A stretch of 57,279 nucleotides of DNA from a virus (Duplodnaviria > Caudoviricetes). Location: the IMG/VR virus record IMGVR_UViG_3300009154_000068, positions 1-57,279 of that record; one strand, written 5' to 3'. The translations under genes and the position numbers were made by a program. Positions 48,833 to 57,012 of this stretch are shown here, one piece after another; the stretch's first letter is position 1; each line of letters starts with the position of its first letter. The notes below the pieces were generated by a model, which had not been told where the DNA came from, made no database searches, and saw nothing but the letters and a program-made list of their open reading frames with translations.

Positions 48833-49150
48833 ATGGCAATGCCCCGTCAAAATAATAAAATCAATTCAGAAAAAAGAAGAGAAGATTGGATGAACTCAAA
48901 ATGGAGGCCCGCAATGGGTTGGACTTACATGGCCACATGTATTTTTGATTTTGTATTGGCTCCTATTCTTTGGAGTTTATTACAGTCTATTAGTCACGGA
49001 TCTGTGCAAACACAATGGAGTCCTTTAACTTTGCAGGGTGCTGGCTTGTATCACATTGCAATGGGTGCTGTTTTGGGTATTGCTGCTTATGGTCGCACAC
49101 AGGAAAAATTGAGCGGAACAAATAACTCCAGTGATTCTGAATCAAAATAA
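48833..49150 (+). CDS. Holin-like membrane protein (GTA 3TM holin-like)
   Basis: WRPAMGW.Y...FDF...P...GAVLG..AYGRT.EK; GGAG SD. Confidence 0.75.
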   Translation: MAMPRQNNKINSEKRREDWMNSKWRPAMGWTYMATCIFDFVLAPILWSLLQSISHGSVQTQWSPLTLQGAGLYHIAMGAVLGIAAYGRTQEKLSGTNNSSDSESK

Positions 49151-49153
49151 TCA

Positions 49154-49182
49154 TTGACCTTAGATCAAAAACTATATAGAAT
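49154..49182 (+). promoter_or_regulatory. Sigma70-like promoter
   Basis: TTGACC-17-TAGAAT before the DnaJ-like gene. Confidence 0.65.
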
Positions 49183-49208
49183 AGTAAGTTATTATTCTAG
49201 AGGTTAAC

Positions 49209-50057
49209 ATGAAAAACTATTATCAAACATTAGGTGTTAGTCCTGAAGCGACTGATGATGACATCAAAAAGGCCTATCGTGGCCTAGCAATGAAACATCA
49301 TCCAGATCGTGGCGGGGATCAAACAAAATTCCAAGAAATTCAAGAAGCATATGGGGTGCTGAGTGACCCACAAAAACGTGCGCAAATGCACCAACAACAA
49401 TTCAACCCATTTCAAAATGCCGGTGCTCCGGGAGGATTTCACTTTAGCTTTGGCGGCGGTGGTCCACAGGATATTGGTGATATTTTTAGACATTTTCAAG
49501 GTGGGAATCCATTTGATATATTTGGTCAACGTCCAAAAAATAGAGATCTAAGAGTTGTAGTTGATGTAGACTTGCCAAGCACTTTGTCCTCTCAGAAAAA
49601 AACAATCAGTGTAAAACATCTAAATGATCAAAGACAATCATTGACTGTGGATATACCAAGAGGTGTGCGTACTGGCATGCAAATGAAATATGCTGGTCAC
49701 GGTGATAATTCAGATAAAAATCTTCCGCCAGGAGATTTATTCATTGAGTTTAGAGTATTACCACATCCTAAATTTCAAATTGATGGTATTGATTTAGTTT
49801 ATACCGCACAAATTGATTGTTTGGATGCCATCACAGGAAAAAGTATTATTGTTGATGGATTGGATGGTAGACAGTTTGAATGGAGCATGCCTCCAGGAAC
49901 ACAATATGGCGCCAAATTTGTTATTCAAGGACAAGGCATTTGGGCTGTAGATCAACCCATTAAGGGCAATCTTGTAATCCAAGCCAATGTGATTATTCCA
50001 TCAGGATTAGACAGAGAAAAAATTAATTTAATCAACGAACTTAAAACAAAACTATAA
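49209..50057 (+). CDS. dnaJ: DnaJ/CbpA-type co-chaperone (no zinc finger)
   Basis: J domain with HPD, G/F linker, C-terminal GDL...HP.F...G.DL. Confidence 0.93.
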   Translation: MKNYYQTLGVSPEATDDDIKKAYRGLAMKHHPDRGGDQTKFQEIQEAYGVLSDPQKRAQMHQQQFNPFQNAGAPGGFHFSFGGGGPQDIGDIFRHFQGGNPFDIFGQRPKNRDLRVVVDVDLPSTLSSQKKTISVKHLNDQRQSLTVDIPRGVRTGMQMKYAGHGDNSDKNLPPGDLFIEFRVLPHPKFQIDGIDLVYTAQIDCLDAITGKSIIVDGLDGRQFEWSMPPGTQYGAKFVIQGQGIWAVDQPIKGNLVIQANVIIPSGLDREKINLINELKTKL

Positions 50058-50074
50058 AGAAACGATAAAAATTT

Positions 50075-52342
50075 ATGATCAATGCCAATTCAGAAATTGA
50101 GTCTATTGTAACTAGTGCGACCGATATTGCAAAAACATACAATCACGAATATGTTACTTTGGAACATTTATTCTTAAGTATGATTAAATTTGAACCATTT
50201 AAAAATATATTGATAAGTTTTGGTGTAGATTATAACGGTTTGGTTGATGAGATGGGACAATATTTAGATAGCCAAACTTATATTATTAAACATGAAAATT
50301 CCATAGCAACTGGACCAAAAAAGACTCATGCATTGGAAAGAGTATTTAATAGAGCATTGACTCAGATTCTGTTTAGTGGTCGAACACGCATACAAATCAT
50401 TGATATTTTTCTAAGTATGAGCATTGAATCTAATAGCTATGCTGGTTACTTTATAGCAAAATATGGAATCGATAAAGCAAACTTTGTACAACACTATAAC
50501 AAGAACTATAAAGAGTCTGATGGACAAAAATCAGCAATGATCCATAAAATAGATGAGATTTTAGCAGAGTACTGTACAAATCTCAATGACTTAGCCAAAG
50601 AGGGAAAAATTGATCCTGTGATTGGCAGAACTAACGAAATTGATGAAATAGTTCAAATCTTAGCTAAAAGGAATAAAAGTAATGTGCTAATGGTCGGCGA
50701 CCCAGGTGTGGGTAAGACCGCTATTGCAGAAGGACTAGCACTTAATATTGTTAATAACCATGTCCCGCACTATCTCATGTCATATATTGTTTACAATTTA
50801 GATATTGGTAGTGTGTTAGCTGGTAGCAAATATAGAGGAGAGTTTGAAGAAAAGATCAATAACATTATTTCGGCATTGACCTTAAAAGGCAATTGTATAT
50901 TGTTCATTGATGAAGCACATCAAATGCGTGGTGCGGGGTCGGGACAACAAAGCAGCGTTGACTTCAGTAATATGATTAAACCAGCACTAGCCAAAGGAAA
51001 AATTAAAGTGATCGCCAGTACTACTTGGGAAGAATATACACAGAGTTTTGAAAAGGATCGTGCGTTAATGCGTAGGTTTTATAGGCTTACCGTTGAAGAG
51101 CCTAGTCCAAGCGTAGCTAAAGATATTTTGAGGGGATTGAAAACACATTTTGAATCCTTTCATAAAGGACATATTAGTGATAGTGCAATCGAAGCAGCCG
51201 TTGATCTCAGTGTCAGATATCAAACAGATAAAAAACTGCCCGACAAAGCACTTGATCTAATAGATGCTGCATGTGCCCAACAAAAGATATTGGCAGGAGA
51301 TTTCGTAATCGATCGCAGTGATATTGTTAATATTTTAAGCAAGTATACTAAAATACCTGTGAATCAAATTGGTGAAGAAGCTGGTAATAATCTAATCGGC
51401 TTAGAGGAAAAAATTAAACAAAAACTGTATGGTCAAAATCAAGTTATCGAAACTGTTCTAGAAAAAATCTATGTAGCTAAAGCAGGGTTGAAATCATTGA
51501 ATAAGCCAATTGGCAGTTTTCTGTTCCTAGGTCCCACTGGTACTGGCAAAAGTGAATTTGCTAAATTACTAAGTGAGCACTTGGAAATGAAATTAGTTCG
51601 ATTTGATATGAGTGAATTTCAAGAAAAGCACAGTGTGGCCAAGTTGATTGGTGCTCCCCCAGGATATGTGGGCTATGATGATAGTAATTTGGCTGGTGGC
51701 GCATTAATATCGTCTTTGGAGAAAAGTCCTAATAGTATTATTTTGTTTGATGAAATTGAAAAAGCTCACCCAGATGTCAGTAACATTTTATTACAGTTGA
51801 TGGATGAGGGAACAATTACTGCTAGTAATGGGAAAAAAGCTGATGCAAGAAATACTATTATTATCTTAACAAGTAACTTGGGTGCAAGTGACAATGAGCG
51901 CAACAATATTGGCTTTGGTCGAACTTTGGAAAAATCTGGCGAAGATGACAAGGCAGTGAAGGATTTTTTCAAGCCTGAATTTAGAAATAGATTAGATGGT
52001 ATTTGTAAATTCAACAAATTAAATCAAGAAAGTATGCGTAAGATTGTTGATAAATTCATGGCAGAAACTAATGATCTTCTACATGAAAAGAAAATCAAAT
52101 TACAATTGTCACCAGCCATTGTCGATCATTTAATTGATAAGGGTTTTGATAGTAAGATGGGTGCGAGACCTCTAGCAAGGGTAATCAATGATTTAATCAA
52201 AGTTCCAGTTAGTAAGAAGATATTGTTTGGTGGTGTCACTGACGGATCAACAATTGTGGTTGATATCAATGACAGTGTTGTGGACTTTGCGATAGTTCAA
52301 GAAGTTCCATTACTTGAAACTGACGACGAGATCAAAAACTAA
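50075..52342 (+). CDS. clpA: ClpA-like double AAA+ chaperone
   Basis: Clp-N; GDPGVGKT/FIDEAH; GPTGTGKS/FDEIEKAHPDV; IGF loop; GARPL. Confidence 0.92.
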   Translation: MINANSEIESIVTSATDIAKTYNHEYVTLEHLFLSMIKFEPFKNILISFGVDYNGLVDEMGQYLDSQTYIIKHENSIATGPKKTHALERVFNRALTQILFSGRTRIQIIDIFLSMSIESNSYAGYFIAKYGIDKANFVQHYNKNYKESDGQKSAMIHKIDEILAEYCTNLNDLAKEGKIDPVIGRTNEIDEIVQILAKRNKSNVLMVGDPGVGKTAIAEGLALNIVNNHVPHYLMSYIVYNLDIGSVLAGSKYRGEFEEKINNIISALTLKGNCILFIDEAHQMRGAGSGQQSSVDFSNMIKPALAKGKIKVIASTTWEEYTQSFEKDRALMRRFYRLTVEEPSPSVAKDILRGLKTHFESFHKGHISDSAIEAAVDLSVRYQTDKKLPDKALDLIDAACAQQKILAGDFVIDRSDIVNILSKYTKIPVNQIGEEAGNNLIGLEEKIKQKLYGQNQVIETVLEKIYVAKAGLKSLNKPIGSFLFLGPTGTGKSEFAKLLSEHLEMKLVRFDMSEFQEKHSVAKLIGAPPGYVGYDDSNLAGGALISSLEKSPNSIILFDEIEKAHPDVSNILLQLMDEGTITASNGKKADARNTIIILTSNLGASDNERNNIGFGRTLEKSGEDDKAVKDFFKPEFRNRLDGICKFNKLNQESMRKIVDKFMAETNDLLHEKKIKLQLSPAIVDHLIDKGFDSKMGARPLARVINDLIKVPVSKKILFGGVTDGSTIVVDINDSVVDFAIVQEVPLLETDDEIKN

Positions 52343-52344
52343 CT

Positions 52345-53064
52345 ATGTTGAAATTCAACTGGAGAAGTTTAAACAATAAAATTATTGTTAAAGAAACTAG
52401 AAAGAGATTTTATAATAGATTTTGTTTTAGTTTGAAATATTTTTGTCCTGGTGGCAGATGTCTATCAGTGGCCAATCTTAAATCAGACATTGAAAGCATA
52501 TTAGATTATAGAAAATCTTTAAGTGTTTACAATTATGCCGGTAGTTGGCGAGCAAAAAAATCACAGATTGAATCAGTCAATGTAGATCATCTTGCTGAAA
52601 TGTTAACTATCAAATTGGAAAATCAAAAAGATATCAAATTTAGAGTTGAGGAACCATATATATCCATATATGCGGAATCGGAGGATATATTATATGGTAT
52701 CGCCAATAACTTAATTGATCAAAAAAATAATCTATTAGAATTAACTGCTCCAAAAGATAGAGAGTGTTTTGATTTATTAAAATCTGGAACAGTATTACTG
52801 ACAAAATCAAATGGTTATGAATATAAAATTATTCTTAAAGATGGTAGGTATGCCAATGACAGTAAGATCTCAATTAGAAATTATTTGATTAATTTGGGGG
52901 ATTTAGTTAAACTTTCCCCCAGTGTGTTGAGGAATTTGAGTACACCATATGACAGTGCATGGAATTTATGGTTCTATTCAAATGATAAAAATATTGTCAC
53001 CATGCTTGAATTGATTGAGCCTGGTTGTGTAACAAATATTCACTCAGTATCTGAACATCAATAA
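52345..53064 (+). CDS. Hypothetical protein
   Basis: 239 aa ORF after clpA. Confidence 0.7.
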   Translation: MLKFNWRSLNNKIIVKETRKRFYNRFCFSLKYFCPGGRCLSVANLKSDIESILDYRKSLSVYNYAGSWRAKKSQIESVNVDHLAEMLTIKLENQKDIKFRVEEPYISIYAESEDILYGIANNLIDQKNNLLELTAPKDRECFDLLKSGTVLLTKSNGYEYKIILKDGRYANDSKISIRNYLINLGDLVKLSPSVLRNLSTPYDSAWNLWFYSNDKNIVTMLELIEPGCVTNIHSVSEHQ

Positions 53065-53090
53065 ATAAATTTATTCAAGAAAGAACGAAT

Positions 53091-53267
53091 ATGGCCAAAA
53101 TAATCGAACAAATGGTAATTATTAAATTGAGCAAATTGGTTAAAGATAATGATAAATCTGCAGAATTAATTGATGCAGACACTGTACAAAGTTTAGAAGA
53201 AGTTGTACAATCACTAATATCAACTGGTACTGTGGTAGAGGTTATTGCAGATCAAGCTGAAAACTAA
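53091..53267 (+). CDS. 58 aa protein (not in ORF track)
   Basis: MAKIIEQMVIIKLSKLVKD...LEEVVQSL...VVEV. Confidence 0.7.
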   Translation: MAKIIEQMVIIKLSKLVKDNDKSAELIDADTVQSLEEVVQSLISTGTVVEVIADQAEN

Positions 53268-53284
53268 ACACTCAATTATTTAAA

Positions 53285-54148
53285 ATGACTCAAGAAAATA
53301 TCAAACCCCCTGGCATTGATGCCGATGAAGTGGCTAAAAAAATTCAAAACGTCCTATTGCAAAATAAACAATCAGGACCCGAAGCCAATCAAGCTAAACC
53401 TGAAGAAAATAATCAAGATGCTAGAGCAGCATCATATGATTTTAGTAGATATCATATTCATATTGGTATGCCTTGTTATGGTGGTATGGTTAGTGAGCCC
53501 ACAATGACCAGTTTGCTTAGATTTACACTATTAGCAGCAAAACATGGACTCAATTGGAGTTTAGACACAATGGTCAATGAAAGTCTAGTGCAGCGTGGTA
53601 GGAATAATTTGATGGCTAAAATGATGGGCAATAAGAATGCAACACATTTTATGTTTATTGATGCTGATATCAGATTTCAACCAGAATCAATTTTTCAACT
53701 AGTTAGTTGTGAAAAGGATGTTGTTGCTGGGCTTTATCCAAAGAAGTCAATCCCTTCAAAATATGTGATAAATCTATTGCCACAAACTAGAATCCAAGGT
53801 GATATTTTTACAGTTGATACTGCGGGAACAGGATTTTTGTTATTCCGCCGTGAGGTTTATGAAAAGTTAATTCAAGCTCATCCAGACAGCAAATATGTGG
53901 ATGATGTGGGGATTGGCAAAGAGCATGAGCCAAATATGTATGCAATCTTTGATTGTAAGATTGATGCTAAAGGTCACTATCTAAGCGAGGACTGGTTATT
54001 CTGCCGTCGTTGGAGAGAATTGGGTGGTGAGATTTGGGCACACAGCAAGATCCTATTAAATCACGTTGGGCATTATGAATATAAGGGCGATTTAAATGAA
54101 ATGCCTAAATTTAGTTTAGCTAAGCCTGAAGAGCAAAAACAGGCGTAA
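53285..54148 (+). CDS. GT-A fold glycosyltransferase-like protein
   Basis: IGMPCYGG, ESLV.R.RN, FIDADI (DxD), GTGF, SED..FC.RW, H.G. Confidence 0.8.
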   Translation: MTQENIKPPGIDADEVAKKIQNVLLQNKQSGPEANQAKPEENNQDARAASYDFSRYHIHIGMPCYGGMVSEPTMTSLLRFTLLAAKHGLNWSLDTMVNESLVQRGRNNLMAKMMGNKNATHFMFIDADIRFQPESIFQLVSCEKDVVAGLYPKKSIPSKYVINLLPQTRIQGDIFTVDTAGTGFLLFRREVYEKLIQAHPDSKYVDDVGIGKEHEPNMYAIFDCKIDAKGHYLSEDWLFCRRWRELGGEIWAHSKILLNHVGHYEYKGDLNEMPKFSLAKPEEQKQA

Positions 54149-54167
54149 TTTTAATTTGGCTAATATT

Positions 54168-54200
54168 AAAAGGGCATCTTGTGAAGGATTGCCCTTTTCT
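54168..54200. terminator. Intrinsic terminator
   Basis: AAAAGGGCA...TGCCCTTTT inverted repeat. Confidence 0.75.
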
Positions 54201-54211
54201 ATTGCTATCGC

Positions 54212-54219
54212 TATAAATA
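54212..54219 (+). promoter_or_regulatory. T4-type late promoter
   Basis: TATAAATA 4 nt before the ATG at 54224. Confidence 0.75.
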
Positions 54220-54223
54220 CATT

Positions 54224-54442
54224 ATGCGAGCAAAAGAATTTATCAAAACTAAAAAGCGCAAAGTTAAAGAGCAGGGTGCCGATTTAATGTATAGAGGTTA
54301 TCCATGTACCAAAGATTGCAGTGGACATCAAGCTGGTGATGCTTGGGCACAAGCCTGGGGTATTACTGATCCTAACCAATGTCCATATGGCAATAGCAAT
54401 AGTTTCTGGGAAGGCTGTAAAAGTGAAGCTGAAGGCAAGTAA
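54224..54442 (+). CDS. Small Cys-containing late protein
   Basis: MRAKEFI N-terminus; CTKDCSGH.AG..WA...C...SNSF.EGC. Confidence 0.75.
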   Translation: MRAKEFIKTKKRKVKEQGADLMYRGYPCTKDCSGHQAGDAWAQAWGITDPNQCPYGNSNSFWEGCKSEAEGK

Positions 54443-54453
54443 TTTGCATAAGC

Positions 54454-54461
54454 TATAAATA
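54454..54461 (+). promoter_or_regulatory. T4-type late promoter
   Basis: TATAAATA upstream of 54483. Confidence 0.75.
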
Positions 54462-54482
54462 TACTATTATTGAGAAAAACCT

Positions 54483-56645
54483 ATGAAGACCACCGATTTT
54501 ATTAAAGAAAGTCAAATTGCAGATGACGCGCATGTCATGCATGTTGACCACGAAATTCAAATGGCTAGAGAAGAGTGTTATCACAGTGCCGCCAATGCCA
54601 TCAAACTTCACAAACTATTAAAACAGGTTAGTGAACAAGATGGTATTGATGCCTGGGCAAGTGAAAAAATCACATTAGCCAATGATTATCTTAGAACAGT
54701 TTGTGAGTGGTTAGAATATGAATTAATGTCTAAAAATTCTGAGCCAGAGATGGCAATTCCCGCAGCATTTGATGAAGAGTCGGCAGAGCAAATGATTGCT
54801 CGAGCCTTGAGTGAAACAACAGAAGTTTCTAAAAAAAACCAACAAAATCTAGATAAAAATCCCTGGGCCGGTATTGGGTTTGATGTAAGGTCTGACTATT
54901 TGTGGCCAGCAATGATGTTTGAGTCCACCAAAGAAGGGTCTGAGTTTTCTCAGTGGATTGGTAATTACAAACAACATTTATCGTCTCCCAAGGACAATGC
55001 CAAATGCATCTTAGCAATGGCCAATAAAATGTCAGACAAGATTATAATTTTTTATGGTATTGCTGAGTATGTGGGTGAGGATAGCAACAGTTATGTTTTA
55101 AAAATAAATTCTGGGACACATGAATATTCCAAGAACAATCAACTGGTATTTGCTTCGTCTAAGGATTTTGAGCATTTTAAAACAACATTAGCTTTAAAAT
55201 TTGGTGAGATTCCAATCAAAACAAAAAAAATGCCGGTTATGGAAACCTCACGCTCAGAGCAAGGTGTGGCGGAAGGTTTTACCAACAATGTTGATAAAGT
55301 AAAGCGTGAAATTGAACTAGCGCAACAAATGTTGGATGATCCAGATTCTGATTTTGGAACGCGCAAACTAGCATCATCTATCCTAGCACAAGCTCAACGA
55401 GAGCTATTACAATACAAAGATACGGAAGCAAGATATAAAGGTGTAGCGGAAGGCTTGAAGTCTATGTATCACAATGCTGTTGCTGACTATCATGGTCGTA
55501 AAGCAGATGATGCGTTTGACAATGGCGACGAAGAAGGCTTCAAAAAGTCTATGGACAAAAATATTAGCCATAAACTAAAAGCAGGCGAAAAGATTCCTCA
55601 GGTTCGTGATGCTAAAAAGTTTCAGCAAGGTGTGGCGGAAGGCTTGTTTGGCATTGACGATAACATCAAAGGTCGGATACAAAATATTGTTAGTGATTTG
55701 AGTGACATTCCAGGTATGTGGGATCATAAGGCACAAACATTTACTGACGCCGGTATGGACAAACTAAAGACTGTATTAAAGAACAATCCCAAGTATATCA
55801 AGTATGCCCTTAACCTTGACTACAAAGATTATGAGGCGGAAGGTGTGGCGGAAGGCTTACAGAAAATAAATTGGGTTAAACCCAATTTTGACTTTGAATG
55901 GCACGAAGTTGAAGAACAATCCAAGATGAAACAAGTCCCGGTTGATGTCAGACAGTATTATCAAAAACATTTTCCTAACAAAGATGCATGGTTAAAAGCA
56001 GTTCAAAATGGTAAGGCAGTTGTAGTGCCACCCGACCATGCCTATGAGATAAGAAATGCTCCGTTTGATAAAGCAGCTTTACAAAAAGTTTTAGCACCTA
56101 CTGGTCACGAAGGTCCTATAGGTCCAGCAAAAGAAAAAAGAGTAAATGATTTGTTTGATAAAGGTCAAGTAGAAATGCCTATCATACTAAAAACAAGTCA
56201 AGGACTGTGGTTAATAGGTGGCAAAACACGATTGGGCACAGCAAATTATGTTAAAGGATTACCTGCTAAAGTTTGGCTGATAGGTGGCAAGCAAGGTGTG
56301 GCGGAAGAGTGGAGTCAAAAATACAAAAGCAGTATCAATTGCAGTCACCCCAAAGGATTCTCACAAAAGGCCCACTGTGCTGGTAAGAAGAAACACAATG
56401 AAAGTATAGAGATGGAAGTAGTTTGCCCAGACTGTGGCATGTGTGAAGCTCACGGTAATAGTAAAATCTACAACAAGTGCTGGACAGGTTTTAGAAAAGT
56501 TCCAGGCAAAAAACGCGGAGAAGAAGGTAGCTGTGAAAAGATTGGCGAAGACGCAGACGCAAGTTCTTCATCCAGTGTTAGTATAGCAGCAGCTCCACCA
56601 CAAAATTTATTTAAAAAGCCAATTAAAAGGACTACCAAAAAATGA
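54483..56645 (+). CDS. Modular polyprotein-like internal head protein with five GVAE(G/E) junctions
   Basis: Starts MKTTDFIKE; modules delimited by a 16-bp repeat; one module is ParB/Srx-like. Confidence 0.75.
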   Translation: MKTTDFIKESQIADDAHVMHVDHEIQMAREECYHSAANAIKLHKLLKQVSEQDGIDAWASEKITLANDYLRTVCEWLEYELMSKNSEPEMAIPAAFDEESAEQMIARALSETTEVSKKNQQNLDKNPWAGIGFDVRSDYLWPAMMFESTKEGSEFSQWIGNYKQHLSSPKDNAKCILAMANKMSDKIIIFYGIAEYVGEDSNSYVLKINSGTHEYSKNNQLVFASSKDFEHFKTTLALKFGEIPIKTKKMPVMETSRSEQGVAEGFTNNVDKVKREIELAQQMLDDPDSDFGTRKLASSILAQAQRELLQYKDTEARYKGVAEGLKSMYHNAVADYHGRKADDAFDNGDEEGFKKSMDKNISHKLKAGEKIPQVRDAKKFQQGVAEGLFGIDDNIKGRIQNIVSDLSDIPGMWDHKAQTFTDAGMDKLKTVLKNNPKYIKYALNLDYKDYEAEGVAEGLQKINWVKPNFDFEWHEVEEQSKMKQVPVDVRQYYQKHFPNKDAWLKAVQNGKAVVVPPDHAYEIRNAPFDKAALQKVLAPTGHEGPIGPAKEKRVNDLFDKGQVEMPIILKTSQGLWLIGGKTRLGTANYVKGLPAKVWLIGGKQGVAEEWSQKYKSSINCSHPKGFSQKAHCAGKKKHNESIEMEVVCPDCGMCEAHGNSKIYNKCWTGFRKVPGKKRGEEGSCEKIGEDADASSSSSVSIAAAPPQNLFKKPIKRTTKK

Positions 56646-57012
56646 AAACCAAATTTATTTTAGAAACTTCAACATTAGAAGATGTTTTGATGACAAAATA
56701 TCAGGACATGAAAGAGGCTTGTAATGTTTGTAAACAGACTCCATGCCAATGTAAAAAATCTGATGAAAAAGAACTGGCGGAAGGTTATTTCAATCATAGT
56801 ATCGATGATGCATTCAAAATGCTCGATGATCTAATGCGTCAAGAACGTGATTTAGACATTGAGCCAATGCTAAAAAGGTTATCACCGGAGCTTCAAAAAC
56901 AACTGGTCCAGTGGGCCCAAACAGATGGCAAAGCCGCTGTGGCTAATGACGAGTATCCAGAAGCAGATTGGGCAGCAAGGATTAACAAATATTTGCATGG
57001 TGTGGCGGAAGG
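55261..57012 (+). repeat. Dispersed in-frame direct repeat AAGGTGTGGCGGAAGG
   Basis: Copies at 55261, 55438 (1 mismatch), 55627, 55840, 56293 (1 mismatch) and 56997 (1 mismatch); partial TGGCGGAAGG at 56775. Confidence 0.95.

Noticed and set aside
55261-55276. Repeat as an E. coli Chi site
   Set aside because: It is G-rich but does not contain GCTGGTGG; a Chi-like role in an unknown host cannot be judged from sequence alone.
55261-57012. CRISPR array interpretation of the 16-bp repeat
   Set aside because: Repeat too short, spacers 160-690 bp and irregular, all within open reading frames, no cas genes.
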